Assembly: GCF_963921235.1 (NCBI RefSeq)
Contig: NC_086097.1
Coordinates: 59,894,001 to 59,958,000 of the forward strand
Source: Mobula hypostoma
Lineage: Eukaryota
Length of the DNA: 64,000 nt
Direction: 5' to 3'
The position numbers and the translations under genes were made by a program. Below the pieces are notes generated by a model. That model ran no database searches. It was not told where the DNA came from and saw only the letters and a list, made by a program, of their open reading frames with translations. This document shows, piece by piece, positions 25,958-36,910 of this stretch (the first letter of the stretch is position 1; each line of letters opens with the position of its first letter).

Positions 25958-26707
25958 GCACCTCTTCCTAGAGATGCTGCCTGGCCTGCTGCGTTCACCA
26001 GCAACTTTTACGTGTGTTTTTTGAATTTCCAGCACCTGCAGAATTCCTGTTGTTTGCTTGGAATACTGTGTCCAGTTCTGGTCGCCTCACTATAGGAAGG
26101 ATGTGGAAACATTGGAAAGGGTACAGAAGAGATTTACCAGGATGCTGCCTGGTTTAGAGAGTATGCATTGTGATCAGAGATTAAGGGAGCTAGGGCTTTA
26201 CTCTTTGGAAAGAAGGAGGATGAGAGGAGACATGATAGAGGTGTATAAGATAATAAGAGAAATAGATAGAGTGGGTAGCCAGCACCTCTTCCCCAGGGTA
26301 CCACTGCTCAATACAAGAGGACATGGCTTTAAGGTAAGGGGTGGGAAGTTCAAGGGGGATATTAGAGGAAGGTTTTTTACTCAGAGAGTGGTTGGTGCGT
26401 GGAATGCACTGCCTGAGTCAGTGGTGCAGGCAGATACACTAGTGAAACTTAAGAGACTACTAGACAGGTATATGGAGGAAGTTAAAGAAAGGGGTTTATA
26501 TGGGAGGCAGGGTTTGAGGGTCGGCACAACATTGTGGGCCAAAGGGCCCGTAATATGCTGTACTGTTCTATGTTCCATGTTCTATATGAGATTCTTATTC
26601 TCCAGATCGCCACAAAACCAAGAAAATAATGAATGACAGCACAATCATCAATGCCCCTGAAATTCCTGCTCCCCACACAAATAAAGACAAAAACGGAATA
26701 GGCACAT

Positions 26708-27036
26708 TGATCCAGGAACAGCATAACTGGTGAGTTGTTGGTTATGGAGTGTGCTGTATTGTGATATTCAAGGAAGAACTTGGCCAGCTTCTGATTCAGT
26801 GCTGGCATAATGTGTTCCACTGACTTTGCTCGCAGTGTGTTCTTTAGGCACTGGACAAACCCTTCCACCAAGCCATTTGTTGCTGGGTGATACAGTGCAG
26901 ATGTAAATTGTCACTAACTAAGTATACTGGAACACCAGTCCTTGAGAAGAGGCTTTTCAACATATCAACAGTGTGCAAGGCTGTAGTGGAGGCAATTGTA
27001 AACACTTCTGGCTACTTTGTAGCTTCATCCACTAGT
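26708..27036 (-). pseudogene. Gypsy integrase core remnant
   Basis: HPATNGLVEGFVQCLKN...YHNTAHSITNNSPVMLFL; continues RIHVDFAGAFMG from 31911-31980 across the RTE insertion. Confidence 0.85.
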
Positions 27037-28123
27037 GGTTGTCCTTCGGATTTGAAGAAGACAGGCTGTTGTGCAGTTCATTTGTGGACACGGAGTTGAC
27101 TCTGCAGTCCCAGTCTAGAAGCGCAGAGTCTAGCACAATGGGGGCACTGGAGGTCCGTTGTTGTAATAATTGTGGCTGCTGTTCTGTGACGCCGCTCACG
27201 GTTTTCCATCAGTTCTTGGCAGCGCCTGTCTTCAAAACTGGTGTAGGGTTCATAACACAGGGCCCACCAGCGGGTTCTGTCAGCAGCCGCAGCTTCTAGT
27301 TTCCTTGGCTGGATGTCACAGTAGCATAGGGTTTCCTTCACAGCGTCATTGTAGTGCTTGCGTGGATGACCTGGAGGTCTCTTTCCGGTCTCCAGTTCAC
27401 CATAGGGCAGCTGGCGAGGCATACGGCGGTCATCCATTCTAATGATGGATGATAATAATCCACCCACCGCATCTGGGCTCTGATGATCAGGGACTCAATG
27501 CTGGTGGACTCTGCGCGATCCAAGACCTCCAGGCTGGAGACACGGTCTTGCCAACGAATGCCAAGGATGGAGCGGAAGGTGCGCATGTGAAATTTCTCCA
27601 GTTGTTTGATGTGTCGTTGGTACAGAGTCCATGTCTCACATTCATATAGGAGAGAAGGGATGAACACAGCTCTGTAGACTTTCAGTTTTGTGGAGATGCG
27701 GATGTTGTGTTGATTGAGCACTCTGCTACACAGCCTCCCCAGAGCCTGGCAGGCCTTGCTGATCCTGGAGTCAATTTCTTTGTCCAAAGATCCATCACTC
27801 GAGATGATGCTTCCCAAGTAATTGAAGCTGTTTACGTTTGTCAGCTGGGTGTGTCAACAGTGATTTTTGTTTCTATGGGGTTGGTGTTTGGCATGGGCTG
27901 GTGAAGTACTTCAGTCTTGTTCAGGCTGATAGTCAGGTCAAAGGGTGTAGCAGCGTCTGAGAATTTGTTGAACGCCAACTGTATGTCTCTGTCTTTGTGT
28001 GCCAGGAGCGCACAGTCATCAGCAAAGAGGGTTTCTTGAATGACTGTATGGAGGCACTTCGTCCGTGCGATCAAGCGGCGAAGGTCAAAGAGAGAGCCGT
28101 CCAATTGGTACCTGATGTACACT

Positions 28124-28551
28124 GTGCGCTTCTCCGTGGATTGTCACCTTGTCGTGGTGGAGAAGCTTGTGTGGTCCTGTGATCCCGAGAGCAATGCCGT
28201 CTGGAGCTACGCTCCTGGTAGTGTCACCCATGGCGGTAAGGTCGAGGGTGAGGTCCCTGACGAAGAACAATCCAACCAAGACCTCAACGGTGGAACAGGC
28301 GGACAAAGTTACTTCGAACTCAACAGCTGTGAAGGCGGATGAAGGCTGCAACAAATCCGTCAGCTCCAATCGTCGTGGTTTCCATGCCATTGGAATCAGT
28401 TGGTTGATTTGTGAAGTATCGTGTGCTTCTTGGAGTGCAACATCAAGTACACGTTAAACAAATACACGCACAGGCGTCTTCACTCTGTGGGCCACTTCTT
28501 CAGAGCGAAGACCATCATCCTCGATCTCGAGGGATAGCCACGACGACGACG
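28124..28551 (+). mobile_element. Short non-autonomous RTE-related element (SINE-like), copy 1
   Basis: 14-bp TSD acctgatgtacact (28110-28123 / 28552-28565); RTE-like 5'UTR start and 3' hairpin cctcga-tc-tcgagg with a (cga)n tail. Confidence 0.88.
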
Positions 28552-28778
28552 ACCTGATGTACACTCCCTCCTTCAGAGCTTGGACAGCACATGACAACAT
28601 GCAGGTGAAGAACAGAGTAAACAGGACTGGGGCTAATACACAGCCCTGCTTCACCCCATTGGAAATGGCAAATGCAGCTAACATATCACCACTGCAAAGG
28701 ACCTGTCCTTTCATTCTGTCATGGAGCAGCTGAATCATCTTCACGAATTTCCTTAGGCATCCATAACGTCTCAGAATA

Positions 28779-29214
28779 GACACATAGAAAATAGGTGCAG
28801 GAGTAGGCCATTCAGCCCTTCGAGCCTGCACCGCCATTCAGTACGATCATGGCTGATCATCCAACTCAGAACCCTGTACCAGCCTTCCCTCCATACCCCC
28901 TGATCCCTTTAGCCACAAGGGCCATATCTAACTCCCTCTTAAATATAGCCAATGAACTGGCCTCAACTGTTTCCTGTGGCAGAGAATTCCACAGATTCAC
29001 CACTCTCCGTGTGAAGAAGTTTTTCCTCATCTCGGTCCTAAAAGGCTTCCCTTTTATCCTGAAACTGTGACCCCTCGTTCTGGACTTTCCCAACATCGGG
29101 AACAACCTTCCTGCATCTAGACTGTCCAATCCCTTTAGAATTTTATACATTTCAATAAGATTCCCCCCTCAATCTTCTAAATTCCAGAGAGTATAAGCCT
29201 AGTCGATCCAGTCT
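28779..29214 (-). mobile_element. CR1 3' fragment inserted in the RTE
   Basis: Near-identical to 2517-2958. Confidence 0.95.
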
Positions 29215-31720
29215 GGTCCATAGAGCCTCCCCGTTTACAGTGTCAAATGGCTTTGTCAATGAAGACAGAGTAAAGAGGCTTGTTCTGCTCGATGCACTTC
29301 TCCCGGACTTGCCGCACGGTAAATATCATGTCTAAAGCCACACTGCGCCTCGAGGAGGTTCCTTTCCGAGACAGTGACAAGTCTGTTCAGGAGAATGCAG
29401 GCAAAAATCTTGTCTGCGATGGACAGCAGTCAGATACCCCTGTAGTTTCCGCAGTCTAATTTGCCTCCCTTGTTTTTGTTGAGAGCCACGATGAGGGCAT
29501 CGCAGAAGTCGTCAGGCATCTCCTCTGTGATCCAGGTGTCTTGGAATGCCTGTAAAGCGTTTGGGCCTAATGCTTTTTAGATCTCGGCAGGAATGCCATC
29601 CTGCCCTGTTGCTTTAGAGGATGGCATGTCTAGGTCATCCAGGACTGGCTGCTGAAGGATCTGCTGTAAGACATCAGAATCAACTGTAGACGGCCTATTG
29701 AGTAGGTTGGAAAAGTGTTCAGCCCAGCGATTTTTCAGTCCTTCCTGGTCTTTGATGAGGCTTGACAGGTCAGATGACAGCAAGGGGGAGCATCCTGATT
29801 TAGAAAGACCTTAAACTGACTTTATGGCGCTGAAGAACTCTCTGGTGGCAGGCATGTCTGCATAGCGTTCCACCTGCTCAGCCTTTCTCTGCCACCACTC
29901 GTCCTGCATTTCTCGCAGTTCCACCTGTACTTTGGACTGCAGGTGTTTAAACTTGTTTTTCTTTGAGACAGATGACGGATCATTCTGCCAGTCTGCATAG
30001 GCCTTGTTCTTGGCCTGAAGGGCTGCTGAAATGGTCTTGTGGTTTTCATCAAACCAGTCTTGGTGCACTCGGGTTTTCAGTCCGAGTACAATTGTTGCAG
30101 TCTGCGTGATGACATCTTTGAACTGCGTCTACTTTTCAGAACAGGTTCCCACAAGCGGTGAACTGCCGGAGAGCTTTTCATTTAGTACATCTTGAAAACG
30201 TTGGACTTGACCTGGGTCTTGCAGTCTGCCGATGTTGAATGACACTCTGACAGTCTTTGGTTGCTTACAATGCAAAGCAGCTATGTGCAGGTTGAGGACC
30301 GACCGAACCATCCTGTGATCTGTCCAACACTCAGCACCTCGCACGGCCCGGGTGACGGTGATGTCTTGAAGGTCACACTGGTGTACTATGACATAGTCAA
30401 GTAGGTGCCATTGTTTGGACCTGGGATGCATCCAGGTTGTTTTATACTTGTTTGCAAGTTTGAACATAGTGCTAGTGATGCACAGGTTGTGCTCGGCACA
30501 CTTGCTCAGAAGCAGCAGGCCGTTACTGTTTAGTTTTCCCACCCTATGTCTCCCAAGGACTCCGTCCCAGTTGTCACTGTCTGTCCCCACCCTAACGTTG
30601 AAGTCGCCCAAGATGACAAGTTTGTCGCTGGTGGAGTTTGTCCAAATAGTCTGGTCCAGGTCCTCGTAGAAACTTCCCTTATCTTCGTCTGGACTCACGA
30701 GAGTAGGTGCATAGACACTGACAATGGTGATATGCTGGGACTTGCTGACAGGGAAGTGGAGCTTCATGATGCATTCATTTATTCCAGTGGGTAGAGTAGG
30801 GATGTTCTTCAATAGAGCAGTTTTGATTGTAAAACGTACTCTGTGGATCCTGTTGTCAGTCTGTGGTTTCCCTTTCCAAAAGAACGTCTATCCACTTACT
30901 GCTTCCTGTAATGAACCCTCGTCTGCAGCCTGGTCTCACTGAGTGCAGCGATGTCAATGCGATAACGGCGAAGTTCGGCCTCTATGAGTGCTGTTCATCT
31001 CTCAGGCCTTGCCACCTTGTCTCTGTCCAGCGAAGTGCGGACGTTCCAGGCTCCAAAGATGAGTTTTCTTTGATTTGTTTTTCTTGATACATGTCCACCA
31101 CTAAAGAGATGATCCACCAGCCGCGGTTAGCTAGCCAGAGGTTGTTGTGGGGCAGGCAATGTTTCTAACCCCCTCCCTCATGCGAGGGTGGGCAGCGCTG
31201 TCCTAAAAGGGGCTGCCCAGTCACCCTGGATGCTGCCAGACATCTCTGCTGCCCTGGATACAGAGACGAATGATCACTGGTTCAAAGGCCGCCTACGTGC
31301 AGATTTGTGACGACAACTGCCAGTGGTCACCTCCACTTGTTGTTTCACCACTCCCCCACCGCTGCAGGGCTTGACGAGTTGAGTTTGGACTGAGATGAAT
31401 CGCACAACAGACACCTGTGCGTGATGGAGTTTTAAGTGGAACAATCATTGCACAGGGGCAATCTAACTCTCGGCAGAAGAGACTTTGATCCAGTGGCACG
31501 GACAACTATTACGGCTGGAGACCTCTCCTGCTGCAGTGGATGACCAGGACATCTAAATGTCTTGTTGTGCTCTTAGTGCTCCACAACGCCTGCTGGGCCT
31601 GACTTCTTGACCGTTGGACCATTAATCAGTCTCCTCTGCTCAATCTGCCATGGCCAGACTTCACACGCTGGGACAGGCAGATCCCCTACCTCACCAAGGG
31701 TCGAAGACCCGTCGGCTACC

Positions 31721-31902
31721 CTCACCTGGTTTGGCCCGTCTGCCAAGACGGTTTACCGGCGTGTGGCCGCTGTGCGTGTTACAGCTACTTGGAGCCACAG
31801 GTGCGAGCCAAGCACCAAGTGGGGACGAAGGGTGGATGAGCTGCCTGAAAAAGGGCACGGCAGGCCCCCTCACCAGAGGTGCTACTCCTTCCTAGACACC
31901 CC
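31721..31902 (-). ncRNA. Predicted HDV-like self-cleaving ribozyme at the RTE 5' end
   Basis: P1 GGGGUGU/ACACGCC; P2 CACCUG/CAGGUG; P3 GGC/GCC; L3 starts UCC and pairs with GG (P1.1); P4 CCGUCU-uggc-AGACGG; J4/2 GCCAAAC. Confidence 0.7.
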
Positions 31903-31910
31903 ATACACCT

Positions 31911-32162
31911 CAGTAGTACCAAGAAATTTATGCCCATGAATGCTCCAGCAAAATCTACATGAATCCTCTGCAGGGCAATGCAGGGCATTCCTAAGGATGG
32001 GAAGGTGTTGCTCTTGGCATCATTTGGATGTGTTAACATCGCCAACAGTGCATGGCAAGCTGCTCAATCCGCTGATCTATCCCAGGCCACCAGACAATGT
32101 TTTGTGCCAATGCCTTCATTCTTATCATGCCTAGATGTCCAGCACGTAGTTCCTCCAAAACC
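31911..32162 (-). pseudogene. Gypsy integrase N-terminal / zinc-finger remnant
   Basis: LQRIHVDFAGAFMGINFLV and a VWWPGID-like segment. Confidence 0.8.
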
Positions 32163-32164
32163 TA

Positions 32165-33021
32165 CAGTGGTAGGCAAAAGTTTGGGCACCCCTGGTCAAA
32201 ATTTCTGTTACTGTGAATAGCTAAGCGAGTAAAAAATGAACTGATGTCCAAAAGGCATAAAGTTAAAGATGACACATTTCTTTAATATTTTAAGCAAGAG
32301 AACTTTTTTTTATTTCCATCTTTTACAGTTTCAAAATAACAAAAAAGGAAAAGGGCCCGAAGCAGAAGTTTAGGCACCCTGCATGGCAGTACTTAGTAAC
32401 ACCCCCTTTGGCAAGTATCACAGCTTGTAAATGCTTTTTGTAGCCAGCCAAGAGACTTTCAATTCTTGCTTGGGGGATTTTCACCCATTCTTCCTTGCAA
32501 AAGGCTTCTAGTTCTGTGAGATTCTTGGGCCGTCTTGCATGCACTGCTCTTTTGAGGTCTATCTACAGATTCTTGATGATGTTTAGGTCAGGGTACTGTG
32601 AGGGCCATGGCAAAACCTTTAGCTTGCGCTTCCTGAGGTAGTCCATTGTAGATTTTGAGGTGTGTTTCGGTTCTCTGTCCTGTTTGAGAAGCCATCCTTT
32701 TTTCATCTTCGTCTTTTTTACAGACAGTGTGATGTTTGCTTCCAGAATTTGCTGGTATTTAATTGAATGAATTCTTCCCTCTGCCAGTAAATGTTCCCCG
32801 TGCCACTGGCTGCAACACAAGCCCAAAGCATGATCTATCCACCCTCGTGCTTAATAGTTGGAGAGGTGTTCTTTTCATGAAATTCTGCATCCTTTTTTCT
32901 CCAAACATACCTTTGCTCATTGCGGCCAGTAGGTTCTATTCAAAAGGTTCAAAGAAGCATCTAAACAAGCCTGATGCATCTTGGAAACAAGTCCTGTGGA
33001 CTGATGAAGTTAAAATAGAAC
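32165..33021 (-). mobile_element. Tc1 transposon 3' half with IR/DR-type TIR
   Basis: TA|CAGTGG terminus; aagtttgggcaccc repeated at ~32366; transposase QD..PKHTS, WPSQYPDLNII, AKGGVTKY; the VLWTDEVKIE segment is inverted. Confidence 0.92.
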
Positions 33022-33024
33022 AAT

Positions 33025-33190
33025 TGTGAGGAGCACAGTAGCCAGGTTTGGCAGGAAGCTGATATAATACTGAGAAATCCTAAAAAGGATCGCAACTGTG
33101 GCATGACCTTTGGCCCTGGGGTTTCTAGCATTGCTTGAATTTGATCAGTACACTTGTGTAAATCTTGTGCACCAGTGTAGCAAGCCACTT
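33025..33190 (-). pseudogene. Gypsy RT-RNaseH linker remnant
   Basis: LHKCTDQIQAMLETPGPKVMPQLRSFLGF. Confidence 0.8.
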
Positions 33191-33206
33191 CTACATTTTA
33201 AAAGTG

Positions 33207-33207
<1 letters not shown>

Positions 33208-33250
<43 letters not shown>
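33208..33250. repeat. (TTA)n microsatellite
   Basis: Directly visible. Confidence 0.95.
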
Positions 33251-33409
33251 CGTCATCATCACCCAGTACTCATTGTTTAGGAATCTATGAATTTTGTCCA
33301 TTTTCGGCAGGTTTTTTTTACTTGAACATCTCTCTCCACTTGCGAAGAAATTAAATGTGTTGTGCTTCAGTGGGTATGTAGTCATCGCTGGTTCATTTTA
33401 AAACTACCT

Positions 33410-34256
33410 TGTTACGTACCCCGTAACTGGGTTGCCAAACCAGCAGAAATGGATCACTCAGTTGGAGTTTGGAGTACTAGAACTAAGAAAGTTTTATTAA
33501 AGAAACAAGCAACACAGTAATCGAAAGGATAAGAAATGCAACAGTTCAGCGCTGATAAACACACATGTGCACAGAATTAAGATAACAGCATCAATCAAGC
33601 TCTATCGTTGTCTAGGGGTAAATGACCAAATTTCAAAGTGACTCAAAGTTTAGTCCAGTTTAGTAGTTCAGTTCGCAGTAATCGTTGCCATGGCGATGGA
33701 CAACGTGGGGGGAGAGAGAGAGAGAACAGGAACAACTGATCATTCAGACACGGCTTCACTCACAGACCGGCGATTTTGGGCGGGTCCTTGGTGATGTCAC
33801 CTGAGGTCACCGACTGTGACCCCTCCTCCAGATGCGGCCGATCCTCTGCAGTGAACCCGGCACCCAGGCAAGGGCGGACACACACCGGGTTCCTGCTGAT
33901 CGTACCTTTCCACCCTGGCCGTTGTCTGATACTTCCCACCGACTCGTGAGAAGTGTACCGCTTCCAGGGTCTCGTTACCTCGGGTGGCGTGTGTGTCCTG
34001 CCTCAGCAAACCGGTCCCTTTTTATCCCCCTGCTGGGGCATCGCCTGTCCATCACTTCAAACAGTTCAAGGTTCAAAAGGGGGGAGCCGCTCCAGACAGC
34101 TCTCTCTCCCCCGTTCCTTCATTACACATCTCCAGACGCTGCTCCATTGTTCTTTATCTCTCCTTCCCCTGAGGGCAGGTGGCAGACCACTTGCTGATGT
34201 CACTGATGCTAACATAGGCCAGCAAACATCTTAATTTTATGTGTATTCTCGTCACA
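33410..34256 (-). mobile_element. Solo LTR (847 bp)
   Basis: TGT...ACA ends; 4-bp TSD acct (33406-33409 / 34257-34260); AATAAA on the minus strand near 33495; CpG-rich, suggesting it is young. Confidence 0.92.
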
Positions 34257-34270
34257 ACCTCAATACCACC

Positions 34271-34483
34271 TTTATGTTTTGTAACTCTCAGGCCTAATCG
34301 AAAAAAAAGCAGGGGAACCCAGAGAAACATGACTACTTAGCTTTTACTTTAGTGAGGCACGTGTAATGACGAATGGTATGCACATGCTTTTACATAGAGC
34401 CCAGATTGAATTATGTCAACAAACAAAGAATGTTTTATCAAACAATATATTTACAATATTACTGAAATATTAAATACACAACA
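34271..34483 (-). repeat. 5' LTR of the Gypsy element
   Basis: Homologous to 21782-21977; flanked by TSD gactg. Confidence 0.85.
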
Positions 34484-35089
34484 GACTGAACAGGCCAAAC
34501 ACCTGTCTTCTGCTGAATATTCAATGAATTACAATTGAACTGAACTAAAGAAACTCTAAAGAAAATTAAGAAACAGTTATTATGTAAATCAATATAGAAA
34601 GTAATCATAAATATAGTCAGAATTTGACATAAAGGCTGATATTTGATTAAATTATGACAGATCTGTTTGCTTCTCATTTTCTTCCCATTCCTATGTCTCT
34701 TATTTCCTTTAACAGACAAAAAAAGAGCATTTTACTGTGTCACCATTCAATTGTCAACATATGATATCATATTTTGTTTTAAAGACTGACCTCGCAGTGT
34801 GTGCATCCAGTCAACTGCTGATAGAGAGTAATTTTACCAAGTTATACACTGAGAAGAACTTCTTTGTTATGACTGCCTCATTAAGAGTGCCCTGTGGAAG
34901 ACACTGACCATTCTAACATGAATAAAACTCCCATGGCATCCCAAAGACATATTGTCTGTTGTCACTGTACATCATCTTGGTCCTTGGTGAATTAAGAAAG
35001 GAAAAACAAATTGGAAAACATCTGGCATACTTTGGTTTGTTGCTTCATTTGAGGTTTCTGGATTTTGCAGATGTTTGAGAGTTGTCCTG

Positions 35090-35685
35090 TCATTTACCAG
35101 GATGCTGCTTGGAATTGAGAATATGCACTGTGAGGAAAGGGGTGCAAGTTGGGACTGTTCTCTTTGGAGCAAAGGAGGATGAGCTGAGACTTGATAGAGG
35201 TGTATAAGATAATAACAGACAAAGAAAGAGATCAAAGCTAATTTATTGTCAAAGTACATATGTGTCACTATATATTACCCTGAGATTCTTTTTCTTGCAG
35301 ACATTCACAGTAAATACAAAGAAACACAATAAATCAATGATAAACTGCACACAAAGACACATAACCAATATGCAAAAGATAAGAAATTGTCCAAATACAA
35401 AAAGAGAAAATAAAATAATAATAAATAAAGACATAATAGATTTTGAGAACATGAGTTGCATTGTCCTTGAAAGCGAGTCCATAGGTTATGGAATGAGTTC
35501 AGTGTTAGGTTGAGTGAAGTTACCCACTCTGGTTCCAGAGCTTGATGGATGAGGGGTAACAACTGTTCCTCAACCTGGTGGTCTGGGTTCTTGTACCTCC
35601 TTCTTGAGAGAAAGGTTAAATTGATTTTAGAGCAGGTTAAGAGATTGGTACAAGGGGCCTTCTGGACGGTACTGTTCTATTGCGT
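35090..35685. mobile_element. CR1 3' remnant (+) interrupted by a Rex1-type 3'UTR (-, ~35228-35605)
   Basis: tttaccaggatgctg...gatagaggtgtataag, then a tttattgtcaaagtacat tail; CR1 resumes near 35610. Confidence 0.65.
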
Positions 35686-35864
35686 TGTCCATTGTGACTT
35701 TGGTGGAAGAACCTATGTTTCTTCAGATCATAAAGACAATCAAAATACTGCATTTGTCTTTTCTCTGCTCACTGAGGAATGAATCCTGCTCTGTTTAAGG
35801 CAAAGAACATTTTATCTCTTTTAACAAAATGTGACAATTGTTTTTCTCCTAGTATTTTCCAACT

Positions 35865-36460
35865 AGAGTCACAGAAACACAAAACCACACAGTGCAGAAA
35901 CAAGCCCTCCTGCTAAGCATCCATCCAGACCCAGGTGCCTGTCTGAGTTAGTCCTATCTGCCTGTTTCATCCCATTACCTTTCCTATCAAGGCTGTACAG
36001 TTCCTCTGACTGCTTGTATCATAGGCCCTCCAGCCTCAGTCTGCAGCCTCTGAACTTCTGTCAATCTTTCTCCTTACCTTCAATCTGTTTCCTTTGGTTT
36101 TAGACACCCCTACTTGGGAAAAATATTTGTGACCATCCACCTCATCCAAGCCCTTGATGATTTTTATAAACCTCTATATCATCCCTTAACATCCTTTACT
36201 CTAGGGAAAATAGGTCCAGCTTATCTCGTTCCTCTTTGTAACTCAAGCCCTCCAGTTTCAGCTGCGTTCTTGTGAATCATCACTGCACCCTCTCAAGCTT
36301 AATCACATCGTTTCTACAGCATGCCAATCAGAACGACATAGAATAACCTAAATAAGATCTCTTCAACAACTTTCACATCCGTGTTATGATTTCCCAACTC
36401 TTGTACTCAGTGCCCTGACCATTGAAGCCTTCTTTACCATCCTGTTTACCTGCCTCACCA
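35865..36460 (-). mobile_element. Degraded CR1 3' fragment
   Basis: Colinear similarity to the CR1 3' ends elsewhere in the window. Confidence 0.65.
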
Positions 36461-36813
36461 TCAGTCTCAACTTTAGCAAAAGAACCAAGTTAAGCGTGGC
36501 TCAGTGTTTCTTCAACAATTAATGGCTCTTTATTGATCAGATGATTACATCAGTTCTGGAAAAGGTGCTTGCGATTTTCTGTCATATCTATATATAAAAT
36601 AGCATCGCTTAGAGTGAATTTAGAATCATTAATTCTGCTGTGGGAGTAATCAGATAATTATATACAGAAAGACCTCAGGGAACCAAAGACAGTTACCTGT
36701 GAGGACTATGAAAACTGAGGTTATAATTAAATACAACATCTTGTATCTGGAGAAAATAACTAACCTGTTTTTATCCCTTGGTCACGACATTATAATAAAG
36801 GATGGTTGAATGT

Positions 36814-36910
36814 TAGTCCTGACGAAGGGTCTCGGCCTGAAACGTCGACTGCACCTCTTCCTATAGATGCTGCCTGGCCTGCTGCGTTCACCAGCAACTT
36901 TGATGTATGT
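36814..36910 (+). mobile_element. 97-bp Penelope-derived mini-insertion starting at a hammerhead
   Basis: 11-bp TSD tggttgaatgt (36803-36813 / 36911-36921). Confidence 0.92.
36815..36850 (+). ncRNA. Minimal type I hammerhead ribozyme
   Basis: agtc CUGACGA agg-gtctcgg-cct GAAACGUC^gact; predicted cleavage after 36846. Confidence 0.78.

Larger units (their letters stand above)
25780..26056 (+). mobile_element. Palindromic Penelope pseudo-LTR mini-insertion
   Basis: 13-bp TSD cttggaatactgt (25767-25779 / 26057-26069); ~112-bp inverted arms 25781-25892 / 25907-26018; splits CR1 ORF2 at HLEYC. Confidence 0.95.
22643..26586 (+). mobile_element. CR1 LINE (partial ORF1 esterase + ORF2 with stops/frameshifts), inserted in a short Rex1-like 3' tail fragment (22607-22642 and 26587-26707)
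   Basis: IIGDSIVRG, HVGINDI, YFNARSI, MGDFNFPNIDW, KFADDTK; (gttctat)n tail; a 20-bp tandem duplication at 24401-24440 shifts the frame. Confidence 0.95.
27037..31910 (-). mobile_element. Full-length RTE-clade LINE (single APE-RT ORF, decayed)
   Basis: GAWNVRT, SVYAPT, LGDFN, WTDH, GVKQGCVLAP, LFADDCAL and a C-terminal CPHCARLC..H zinc finger; ~800-bp 5'UTR; TSD cactagt / cagtagt (27030-27036 / 31911-31917, one mismatch). Confidence 0.92.
21782..34483 (-). mobile_element. Old internally deleted Gypsy LTR retrotransposon hosting nested insertions
   Basis: TSD GACTG at 21777-21781 and 34484-34488; TGT...ACA termini; two homologous ~200-bp LTRs; PPT (gcagggaggggag, ~21978-21990, minus); PBS-like tggtattgagg (34268-34258); integrase and RT-RNaseH pieces in colinear order. 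Confidence 0.85.

Noticed and set aside
25780..26056. MITE or pre-miRNA interpretation of the palindromes
   Set aside because: Variable 11-13 bp TSDs, asymmetric arms and linkage to a GIY-YIG remnant indicate Penelope retro-integration; the stems are too long and perfect for typical pre-miRNAs.
28257..28270. ctgacga in the RTE-related SINE as a hammerhead core
   Set aside because: No stem II followed by GAAA, and no stem I pairing.
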